Positions 33,876-42,562 of a stretch of DNA of 52,674 nucleotides are shown one piece after another. A program made the position numbers and the translations under genes. The notes under the pieces are model-generated. The model was not told the origin of the DNA and ran no database searches. It was given only the letters and a program-made list of their open reading frames with translations. The DNA lies in the IMG/VR virus record IMGVR_UViG_3300030333_004669, positions 1-52,674 of that record. One strand, written 5' to 3'. Origin of the DNA: a virus. Taxonomy: Duplodnaviria; Caudoviricetes. Numbering within the stretch: position 1 is the first letter of the stretch; each line of letters opens with the position of its first letter.

Positions 33876-35638
33876 AATTTAATGACCTCGTATCAGAGTT
33901 AAGTGCAGACATCTGGCCCGAAGGGGTTCCAGAGAATCTGCTTGCACCGATCAAGAAGAACTTTGCGTCGGCGGCAGTCAGCTTGCAGCGGTATATTCCA
34001 TGTTTCCAAGAGAAGAACATCAACCGCTATCCGCAGTGCTCCACATACTACCAGAGAGGTATGACAGTATTCGATGCGCCCAAGGGCAGGATCGAAAGAC
34101 TTTATACCATCCAAGATATTGATGAGGACTATCCTGCGGTATTCAAGCAGACATCGAAACACGAGGTTGAGTGCCACGCATTTGCGTACATCAGAAGCAT
34201 CTACCCTCCTACCAATGAGGGCATGGATGTTTTGCCGTTGGGCTTTAAATACCCAGAAGAGGACAGTGACTTTGCCGTAACTGTCAGCGGAGTCACTGCC
34301 ACCAAGAAAACAACGAAGCACCCAAGGGCGCTGATCGGGCTTTGGGCGGTCGAGAACGGTAAGATTTATGTCTCGCCTTGGATCAACAGCTACGAGGTGG
34401 CTGTTGTTGAGTGGAGCGGGCTCAAGCAAAACTATTCAGATGATGACATTGTTTATGATTCATCTGATTGGAGGCGTGCTGTTCGCCTGTATGTCCACAA
34501 GGAATACGCGAGAGACTTTGATAGCGATTACGAAAAGTACAAGTTCCTGACTGTAGAGTACAACGAGGCGCTGGCTGATCTGCTGTACGAGTGCAAGAAG
34601 GAGAACGAGGTTAAACCGTTCCTTTATTGTGATGAGGCTTTTGACATTCTTGCTGCTCGCCGTGACGCGCAAACAACTGCTGGAACAACGGATGCCGCAA
34701 CTGTCACCTCTGAATATGTCTTCGCCCAGATTGGAGACTTTGGGGCTTCTTCTGGATCGGGAGACTATGATGGAACCAACGCTGGCAAGGTGGCGACACT
34801 CGTTAAAGGCTGGAGTCCGCAGTTCATTATTACAACAGGTGACAACACGGGCGACGATGATGGCACTGACATGGATGCTGGCGAAAATTTTTACGATGTA
34901 AACGTAGGGCAGCATTACAGCGACTACATTTTTCCGTTTGGAACCAGTCAGTCTGCCACCTACACATCGTCAGCAACTGAGAACAAGTTTTTCCCTGCTG
35001 TAGGTAATCACGATTATGTCTCTGACAGCCTAGCTCTTTATAAAAGCTACTTCACCCTGCCCGGGAACGAGAGATACTACGACTTTCAAAGAGGAGGTAT
35101 CCACTTCTTCTGCCTCAACAGCGGCATAGCAAGTGACGGCGATGTGGTGGAGCCCGATGTGCTAAGTGGGTCGGCCACTCAGCACAGAGGTGAGGAATCC
35201 ATAATGGCTGACTGGTTGCAGAGTAAACTGGCTTCGTCAAAGGCGCACTGGAAAGTGGTTTACTTTCACCACAGTCCTCATACATCTGAGACAACTAAAG
35301 CCCCGGGATCAACTGATATGCGCTGGGACTACGAGGGCATGGGCGCTGATATTGTTATTGGCGGTCATTCGCATAGCTATGAAAGATTAAGGGATGCAAA
35401 TAGTTTTCCTTACATTGTGAACGGGGCAGGCGGTTCACCTCTTAGGGGTTGGAGCGGTAGTCCCGGGTTGGCATCTGGGATCACAAGCGTAAAGCAATAC
35501 AACGCCAAACATGGTGCGCTTAAAGGAACCGTGTCAGGCGACACTCTCAAGTTTGAGTTTTATGATTTCGACGGAACTGTTCAAGACACCCTGACTTTAA
35601 CAAAGGCAGCGAACGCAACCTCAACGACTTACGCATAA
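33872..35638 (+). CDS. Putative head-tail adaptor fused to a calcineurin-like metallophosphoesterase
   Basis: The N-terminal ~265 aa is in the adaptor position (MKFNDLVSEL...KIYVSP...AVRLYV). After a T/A linker come IGDFG, TTGDN, VGNHD, YFHH and GGHSH motifs. Confidence 0.75.
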   Translation: MKFNDLVSELSADIWPEGVPENLLAPIKKNFASAAVSLQRYIPCFQEKNINRYPQCSTYYQRGMTVFDAPKGRIERLYTIQDIDEDYPAVFKQTSKHEVECHAFAYIRSIYPPTNEGMDVLPLGFKYPEEDSDFAVTVSGVTATKKTTKHPRALIGLWAVENGKIYVSPWINSYEVAVVEWSGLKQNYSDDDIVYDSSDWRRAVRLYVHKEYARDFDSDYEKYKFLTVEYNEALADLLYECKKENEVKPFLYCDEAFDILAARRDAQTTAGTTDAATVTSEYVFAQIGDFGASSGSGDYDGTNAGKVATLVKGWSPQFIITTGDNTGDDDGTDMDAGENFYDVNVGQHYSDYIFPFGTSQSATYTSSATENKFFPAVGNHDYVSDSLALYKSYFTLPGNERYYDFQRGGIHFFCLNSGIASDGDVVEPDVLSGSATQHRGEESIMADWLQSKLASSKAHWKVVYFHHSPHTSETTKAPGSTDMRWDYEGMGADIVIGGHSHSYERLRDANSFPYIVNGAGGSPLRGWSGSPGLASGITSVKQYNAKHGALKGTVSGDTLKFEFYDFDGTVQDTLTLTKAANATSTTYA

Positions 35639-37992
35639 TGAATTTTGATAACGTCAAAACCGCAGACTGTTTAAAGAAGGCATCAACACCGCAAGCTGAT
35701 GTCTTAAAAGATAATTATGTGCCGCCAACTACTGATGATCAGAATTGTAGCGACCATGAGTATGCGGCACTAAATCCAAGCAAGTGTTCTAACCCTCCTT
35801 CAATAGGGAGGTTAATCATTGAGCCATCTTCTGGCGCTCAAGTGGAAGAGGGGAAGGTTGCTAAGTTCGATGCTAAGCTGGAGTTTGTTTTTGCTGATGG
35901 AAAGGTGAAGTACAAGGTCGTAACTGATGTCTGCGACTGGTCATCATCTGATGTGTCTCTAGCCTCGCATACTGTAGACGGCAAGTTTGACATAGGGGAG
36001 GTAGCTGCTGACACCTCAGTGGATATATTTGCGAGCTACCAGCCAGAAGGGTCAGGTACAACTTACGATGCGTCAGCCCCATTAACCATTACCGACAACT
36101 GTTTACGGGTTGGGATGGATATTGTTTTGGTGATGGATCGAAGTGGATCAATGCTTCGTAAGAACGCATCAAATGTGAGTCGATTGGATTCTGCCAAGGA
36201 GGCTAGTAATGCTCTGATTGATGGGGCGAATCTGCCTGACATGGAGCAGGAAGGGATTACCACATCAGGGGATTATGATCGGATCGCGGTTCTTTCGTAT
36301 GCAGGGAATAAGGAAACTGGTTCCAATGTTACCACCCATATTAAGCTGGCCCCAACTAAGGAGTCGGCTCGCGCTGGGGTAGCGGATATTCAAGTTTCAG
36401 ATGAATGTGGCGGTCAGAGTACGAGTCTGAAAACATGCGCCACGGGTATAGGTGGTGGGTTATCCGCTGCATACGAACTTCTTAAAAGTGACGGTAAGTT
36501 AGGAAAGAGAAAAGTCATCGTCCTTCTTACTGATGGCCATGAGAATGTTTGTGAGACAGGTAAGTATCCCAAGGTTATCGCAGACACGATCAAGGCTGAT
36601 GTTGAAAGGACAGCGAGCTCGATAACTGAGTCTAGCGGGACAGCTACAGCCACAACCTCTGAGGCTCACGGGTTCTCAACTGGAGACAATGTTCACATCA
36701 CTGGAGCCACAGGTGCGAACGCCGCAACGTACAACAACCTTCATTACATCACAGTAACCAGCACTACTCAGTTCACATTCCCGGTTACATCAGGAACAGG
36801 TAACGCTGCTGGAACTTTAAAGGCGGCACGCAATGCGGCCAACACAATGATAGTGGCTGTTGGCTTTCACACTAGCGGCAGTAAACAAATCAGGCGATGT
36901 GACGGAACACAAAGAACCATAGATCAGTTTCTCGGAACAGACATCGCATCATGCAACCTCTACTACACTGCTGCTGATACAGCTTCACTGGTTAATGTGT
37001 TTCAGAAGATTCACAAACTGATCTGCGATAACAATCAGAGCGGAAGTCCTTGTCATTATGTGGCTCCACCCAGCGAGGTGTTTGAGAACCCATGTCTAAA
37101 GGATCGTTACAACTATTACGGGTTTAAAAACTGGGAGTTAACCAAGGGCAGGGTGGACATTATGGGGGCCGATATTTGGAACTCCCTTGCCCCGGGTAAC
37201 GGCCAGTATGTCGGCTTAATTGGCAATCGTGGCACGATCATTGGATCAACAAATATAAATGAAATATCTGGCACTAACTGCCAGAGGTTTTGGACTCCGT
37301 GGGATGAGCAGTTCGGTGGGATTCAAACACAGGATGAATTTACCCTTACCGCTGGTAAGTATGAGTTGGTTGTTAAGCTGGCAGGCAACAGGGAGGTCAA
37401 CTTTCCTAATCTTGGAAACCAGCTTTGTTCCACAGTCCGAGTGTCTGTTGGGGGAACGCAAGAGGGAGAGTTGCATCAGGGAAGATATGCAAAATCACCT
37501 GATTCTGTAGGAACGGTTCAATGGGGCTTTAAGGATAATACTGCTAGACTTGTCACTAGGAGGCTGAAGGACACGGTGGTTGAAAAGATTCTCACAATCG
37601 AGCCCATGTCCTCCTTTAGGGAATACCGAGTGCAGTTTGATGCAGATGGGCAGGACGCTAAAATCAGAGTGGAGCAGTATCCTCTCGGGTGGAATTTAAA
37701 CCCATACACATTCACCGTTGATGATGAAGTTTTTGAGGGGAAGGGGTGCAGCAATGTGGTTAACCCTGTATCTGTCAAGGAGTATGGGGGGTACTGGACT
37801 CGCAAGGGATTTATGGTTCCTAATGAAAGGTTTGAGAGTAACCGATACGAAACAAGCGGCGCTGATGAGTTTATAGGCCCAAGTCCTTTTGGCGTTCTGT
37901 TTGGCGAGGCTACGCTTGTTCGGATCGAGGATGATGGAACTAAGACAACAATTTTTACTGACAACTTTGATAGCGAAAATCTTTGCACCTAA
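35638..37992 (+). CDS. Virion-type protein: Ig-like + vWA + beta-sandwich
   Basis: WSSSD Big_2-like motif, MIDAS DRSGS...T...LLTDG, and a C-terminal DUF642/galactose-binding-like segment. Confidence 0.8.
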   Translation: MNFDNVKTADCLKKASTPQADVLKDNYVPPTTDDQNCSDHEYAALNPSKCSNPPSIGRLIIEPSSGAQVEEGKVAKFDAKLEFVFADGKVKYKVVTDVCDWSSSDVSLASHTVDGKFDIGEVAADTSVDIFASYQPEGSGTTYDASAPLTITDNCLRVGMDIVLVMDRSGSMLRKNASNVSRLDSAKEASNALIDGANLPDMEQEGITTSGDYDRIAVLSYAGNKETGSNVTTHIKLAPTKESARAGVADIQVSDECGGQSTSLKTCATGIGGGLSAAYELLKSDGKLGKRKVIVLLTDGHENVCETGKYPKVIADTIKADVERTASSITESSGTATATTSEAHGFSTGDNVHITGATGANAATYNNLHYITVTSTTQFTFPVTSGTGNAAGTLKAARNAANTMIVAVGFHTSGSKQIRRCDGTQRTIDQFLGTDIASCNLYYTAADTASLVNVFQKIHKLICDNNQSGSPCHYVAPPSEVFENPCLKDRYNYYGFKNWELTKGRVDIMGADIWNSLAPGNGQYVGLIGNRGTIIGSTNINEISGTNCQRFWTPWDEQFGGIQTQDEFTLTAGKYELVVKLAGNREVNFPNLGNQLCSTVRVSVGGTQEGELHQGRYAKSPDSVGTVQWGFKDNTARLVTRRLKDTVVEKILTIEPMSSFREYRVQFDADGQDAKIRVEQYPLGWNLNPYTFTVDDEVFEGKGCSNVVNPVSVKEYGGYWTRKGFMVPNERFESNRYETSGADEFIGPSPFGVLFGEATLVRIEDDGTKTTIFTDNFDSENLCT

Positions 37993-38999
37993 TGATTAGC
38001 TTGGAGGAAATAAGAAGGCGAGAGTACAAGCCCGGGAGCAACCCCGGGCCTGAGAGCTTTTGTACTATCATTGATTCTAAGGGCTTATGGGAGGGGATGT
38101 TTAGCCTGTACTCGATCAGAAGGTTTCACGATCAACCGATTTATGTTGTTTGCGACGAGGAGACGCGAAGTGTTATCGAACATTTAGGGATCAAGGACGT
38201 ACACGCAAGGCTGGATGTAAACAAAAAGTCGAACGACAAGATTCTCAACGGAATATTTAAGGGTGGTTCTAATAAGTTCAACGAAGACTGGCACTTCTTT
38301 CATCCTATTGAGCTCATGTTTAGAAAGCCCGATGTGGTGGACTATGCGCTTAGTGAAAATAGCAACACGCTGTTTGTTGATGGAGACATCTACTACGTCA
38401 ACCCAACCCATGTGGTCTACGACTCAGAGGTGGGGCTCTATCCACAATGCGCCAACTACTTTTTAGGTAAGGATGATATTTGGCGGGAGAAGATGGAGGC
38501 GAAGTATGGGCTGGCGACAGGTTCGATGGTCTATACCAAGTGCAAGGACTTCACTGATTGGTGGCGCGAGGCGACGATTAACGACAGCGTTTACTATGAA
38601 CAGGAATGCCTGACTCGTGCAGATGAGGTTTACGATGTGAAGTTTTTCCCAGCTACCGAGCAGCTACAAAGCTATCACTTTCAAGGTTACGGAGATATGA
38701 GTCCGTACATGGATTTGCCCTGCGAATCCGCACTTGAACACACAGGCTGGAAGATCGACAACGGATTACATGTGCAGGCAGGGGAGGTTACTTCATTTCA
38801 TTTCCACCTAGACTTGGGTGGCGTGCAGGCACGAGGCCAAGAGGTGGATTACAAGGCAAAGATATTGGGCAGGATATTCCTTACCATGCTGGCAGAGTCA
38901 GATAGGGAGGAGCATGCTGATCTGCTTCAGTTTTACAACGACCACATTCGCGTGAACATCAACCCAGAGTGTGAATTTAAGGAGGCGGTAAATGCCTAG
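37992..38999 (+). CDS. GT-A fold glycosyltransferase-like protein
   Basis: SLYSIR....IYVVCD...K......L...TLFVDGDI (DxD)...YYEQ.CL...FHFH; TAATG coupling. Confidence 0.7.
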   Translation: MISLEEIRRREYKPGSNPGPESFCTIIDSKGLWEGMFSLYSIRRFHDQPIYVVCDEETRSVIEHLGIKDVHARLDVNKKSNDKILNGIFKGGSNKFNEDWHFFHPIELMFRKPDVVDYALSENSNTLFVDGDIYYVNPTHVVYDSEVGLYPQCANYFLGKDDIWREKMEAKYGLATGSMVYTKCKDFTDWWREATINDSVYYEQECLTRADEVYDVKFFPATEQLQSYHFQGYGDMSPYMDLPCESALEHTGWKIDNGLHVQAGEVTSFHFHLDLGGVQARGQEVDYKAKILGRIFLTMLAESDREEHADLLQFYNDHIRVNINPECEFKEAVNA

Positions 39000-40320
39000 C
39001 AAGATCACACCAAAAGACTTTGAGCGATTCCTCCCCGAGGAGCGCGACACTATTGCCCAAGGGCTCGTGAAGTATATCCAGTTCGCTATCTTGTTTTGGC
39101 GCTGGTATCGCAGGGCATACGCATCAGATGGTGATATGTCTAATGCATTCAAGATCGCCACATGCGGCACTGGCTGCTTAGGCGGCAAGCCTGTAGAGGA
39201 GGGCAAGCCTGATGTTGGGGATGGTGGATCGCAAAATGAAGATGGCACGGGTGAGCCTTCTGATGGCGCTATTGATGATGGCTGGCCAGACGAACCAACT
39301 CAGCCACCAGTAGTTCCTCCTCCAAATAATCCAGCCCCCGGCGACTTTGGTGACTGCTGCAAGCCAACAGTTCCGAATTATGAGGAGTTTTTCTTTTGGG
39401 AGAATGTTAAAAATGTAGATTTAAAATGCGGTAATTATAAGAAAATGGTGGCTGTTAGAAACGGCACACCATTCGGTGTAAATTTTGATACAGGCTTAGA
39501 TGACAACACCAATTTTAATAAGTTTGTTTCATGGGCTTGGAATTCAAAAAGAGGCACAGTACATGGTTCCATTCCTATTGAAGGCGGGGTTGGTGGAGTT
39601 GATGAGGCGGGGGGGCTGGTAAGTAGATGGGACAAAGTGATTGTTCAAATTTATGGAAGTGTGCCGCCTTTAAGGAGACTTGTTAACGACACTCAACTTG
39701 AAACATACCCTTCAGTACAAGGCGCTATATATTATAATAACAATAAATCTCATGTGCCGTTTGAGTTAGGCAACGGAGCCAAGCAAGGCACATTTGGTGT
39801 TGAAGTTGAATTAAGAAATTTTGCACCAACAAACCTTTCAACATTTGGTGAAGAGATCAGGAATTTTAGAATACACATAAGCCCTCATCACACTAAACCT
39901 GTTGGCTCAAGGGATGTAACCAGAGATGACAGATTTCCACTGGAGGTTAAAAAGGGAAGAATAATGCAGGAGCAACCATACCTAGCTTTTATTTATGGCA
40001 TCAGATTAATAATGCTACCACATGGTGCGAGCAAAGATGACTTAACTGAGCCTTGGCAAATTAACTCTGATACAAACAGTGTGCATCCTTTTGCAGCTTT
40101 AATGGATGAACGCTGGCAAAACGAGATACCTTGCTATGAGCCAACGGCTATTCCTGAGTACACACTGGGCAAAAGTCCATTGGCTTATGCCCCTTTGTGG
40201 ACAACTGAAGCGCATAACCCTACAGGTGTGTTTGAGATTTACACAGAGAGAGAATTTAATGATATGCCTTTGACGTATGCAAAGAGCATTCAAGTAGGAC
40301 AACTTAAACCAAGGGGGTAA
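38992..40320 (+). CDS. Tail appendage protein (paralogous N-terminus with the next gene)
   Basis: The first ~62 aa align with 40325; Pro/Asp-rich linker. Confidence 0.55.
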   Translation: MPSKITPKDFERFLPEERDTIAQGLVKYIQFAILFWRWYRRAYASDGDMSNAFKIATCGTGCLGGKPVEEGKPDVGDGGSQNEDGTGEPSDGAIDDGWPDEPTQPPVVPPPNNPAPGDFGDCCKPTVPNYEEFFFWENVKNVDLKCGNYKKMVAVRNGTPFGVNFDTGLDDNTNFNKFVSWAWNSKRGTVHGSIPIEGGVGGVDEAGGLVSRWDKVIVQIYGSVPPLRRLVNDTQLETYPSVQGAIYYNNNKSHVPFELGNGAKQGTFGVEVELRNFAPTNLSTFGEEIRNFRIHISPHHTKPVGSRDVTRDDRFPLEVKKGRIMQEQPYLAFIYGIRLIMLPHGASKDDLTEPWQINSDTNSVHPFAALMDERWQNEIPCYEPTAIPEYTLGKSPLAYAPLWTTEAHNPTGVFEIYTEREFNDMPLTYAKSIQVGQLKPRG

Positions 40321-40324
40321 TTAA

Positions 40325-42562
40325 ATGCCATCACCAGTAACACCAAATGAAATTAAGAACACCCTGCCCAATGTGGACAGCGGTGTTTGCGATAGGCTTA
40401 AAAAGGTAATCATAGATTTCCCGCGCAAGGTATATGCGTGGATGAGTTATGTTTATAACGATGACGGATCGTTTACGGAGGAATTCAAGCAGGAGCTCTG
40501 TCAGATTAAATGTGATGACATTGATGTAGGAACATCTGGGCCAACCACTGATCCGACAGGAGGAGGCCAAGGTGGTTCTATTCCTAAAGTTACCCAGCTT
40601 ATTGCCACCCCAGCGACTAGGAGCACTGGAGGGATAGTATTGGTTTGGCAGCATGTAGATCAGGCTATTTCATATAACATATATAGGACACCTACAATTA
40701 CTGTTAATCATGCCAGCCCGGGAACGCAGTACGCTGCAAATGCAACAAATATAAATGTTGAGCCATTGCTTGAGGAAGTAGAGTCAGGCAAGAAGATCAC
40801 GTTCGACAACGGAACCGTGTTGACCACCAACGCAAAAGCTATCGTAGGTGCAACAGCCCTCAGCGGTTCATTGAGTGGTGTGCTTCCAGACAGCGAGGAA
40901 GGCCACCTTCCCGGTGCTGACGCGAAGCTGCTAGTAAAAGACAGGACGGTGTGGACTTCTCCAAATTGGCGGCAAGCTGCGGCAGGGAAGATATGCATGC
41001 GCTCAGATAAATCCTGCACATTTCTTGATGAGCATGGCATGGAGATTTGGGATGGTAGCCAGATGAGCAGCGTGGACGGGGATAACAACCTGCTGAACTC
41101 TCTTAATGGCGGCCATCGTTACAACTATTTTGTAGTTGGGAAATCTCGCGGAGGTGAATACTCAGCTTACTCCAAAGCTGTTGGCGGTTATTCGCAGGTC
41201 GTTAAAGGATTCTCAGCAGTCGATGCTGACACTGGTTTAATTTACTCTGGAGGGGGAGACGCTGCCTATGAGCAAACTGTTCCTAATGGCCAATCGTTCA
41301 TGCGAGTTGTTCTTCGTGGTGGAGGTGGAGGAGGTGGAGCAGGTGGAGATTACAAGGAGCCTTCTGCTATTCAGTACCATGTTAAAAATATTAGTTATGC
41401 TGGGGGAGCTAACGATACAATTACATTCACACTTGGGGGATCATCGACGCCAGACATCAACCACTGGAGTACGCAGGTTGGTAAGAATGAGATTAGATTG
41501 CTGGATAACGGGAATAATAATTTTGAAAGATTGTTTGAGGTTATATCCGTAAGTGGAAGCACGTTTGTTTGTAAAGCGATAGCAGCACTCGCTGGTGAAA
41601 CACCCACCAGTAACGGGACTAATATTCCAAGCACATCTGACGCATCCTTTGGTAGGGTTTACAGGACAATAGATAAGCAAAAGGTAAAGGTTCCCGGTGG
41701 TGGCGGTGGCGCAGGGGGTCTGCTTGTTTGTGTCTTTGCTATTACAAACGCAATAACGAAGGTTCGGGTAAGAACTATTGACTCAACTGGAAGCCCTAAG
41801 ACAGTAAACTATTCAGACACTGGAACAGGCGCTTTCAAACAATTCGTTGGAAACTTGAGCGACTCAATAGGTGATGAGTTTGTTACTTACAATAGAGGTG
41901 GGGAAGGCAGGCAAGACGCGACAACCCACCCGACAGCAGGTGAGCCGTCAACGAACCCGGGAGCTCATACGGCAGTAGCCTTCAATGGTGATCCCGTTAA
42001 CAATGACGGCATTAGTAAGAGCACTCTCTTGGCTCCATACTTTACTCTGCTTGAGGTTTACAATGGCAGTTCATGGCTTGAGGTTGCTCGTGTTGCTGAT
42101 GGTCAGGGAGGTGGATACAGAAATGGCTTCACTCAATACCGATCACTAGGAGGCAAGGGCGGTTCCACTCACACCACTACAAATGTCACAGGCTGCACCC
42201 TCAGGACAGGGGCATTATCGAAACTTGTATCTGGTGGGAAGTTCTTCAAGGCGGGAGCCGATGGGAAGGATGGAACAACCCCAACCTATTTCGGCCCAGA
42301 AGCCCCGGGCATTGCTGGTAAAGGAGGCTTTGTTTGGGATGGGCATAGGCCATTTGGAACGAATAGCCCGCTTGAGATTTCCAAAAAAGGAGACATCACT
42401 GGTAACTCTGGTTGCTCTTTTGATTTAAGCGCCCCGGGGAGTGGAGGCTCAGGATCAACTGGTTCATCAATCGAAGAGGACACCAAGTTCTGTATAGGTG
42501 GCCACGCAATGGCGGGTTGTGCTTGGGTCACATATTCTACAACTGCATACGACAAATACTAA
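40325..42562 (+). CDS. Tail fibre/spike protein with FN3-like and glycine-rich domains
   Basis: IVLVW..V..A.SYNIYR and YNYFVVG FN3-like motifs; GGGGGGGAGG glycine-rich repeats. Confidence 0.65.
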   Translation: MPSPVTPNEIKNTLPNVDSGVCDRLKKVIIDFPRKVYAWMSYVYNDDGSFTEEFKQELCQIKCDDIDVGTSGPTTDPTGGGQGGSIPKVTQLIATPATRSTGGIVLVWQHVDQAISYNIYRTPTITVNHASPGTQYAANATNINVEPLLEEVESGKKITFDNGTVLTTNAKAIVGATALSGSLSGVLPDSEEGHLPGADAKLLVKDRTVWTSPNWRQAAAGKICMRSDKSCTFLDEHGMEIWDGSQMSSVDGDNNLLNSLNGGHRYNYFVVGKSRGGEYSAYSKAVGGYSQVVKGFSAVDADTGLIYSGGGDAAYEQTVPNGQSFMRVVLRGGGGGGGAGGDYKEPSAIQYHVKNISYAGGANDTITFTLGGSSTPDINHWSTQVGKNEIRLLDNGNNNFERLFEVISVSGSTFVCKAIAALAGETPTSNGTNIPSTSDASFGRVYRTIDKQKVKVPGGGGGAGGLLVCVFAITNAITKVRVRTIDSTGSPKTVNYSDTGTGAFKQFVGNLSDSIGDEFVTYNRGGEGRQDATTHPTAGEPSTNPGAHTAVAFNGDPVNNDGISKSTLLAPYFTLLEVYNGSSWLEVARVADGQGGGYRNGFTQYRSLGGKGGSTHTTTNVTGCTLRTGALSKLVSGGKFFKAGADGKDGTTPTYFGPEAPGIAGKGGFVWDGHRPFGTNSPLEISKKGDITGNSGCSFDLSAPGSGGSGSTGSSIEEDTKFCIGGHAMAGCAWVTYSTTAYDKY

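Noticed and set aside
34700-35638. Purple acid phosphatase call
   Set aside because: The GDxxY tyrosine ligand is absent (GDNTG), so it is called only a calcineurin-like metallophosphoesterase.
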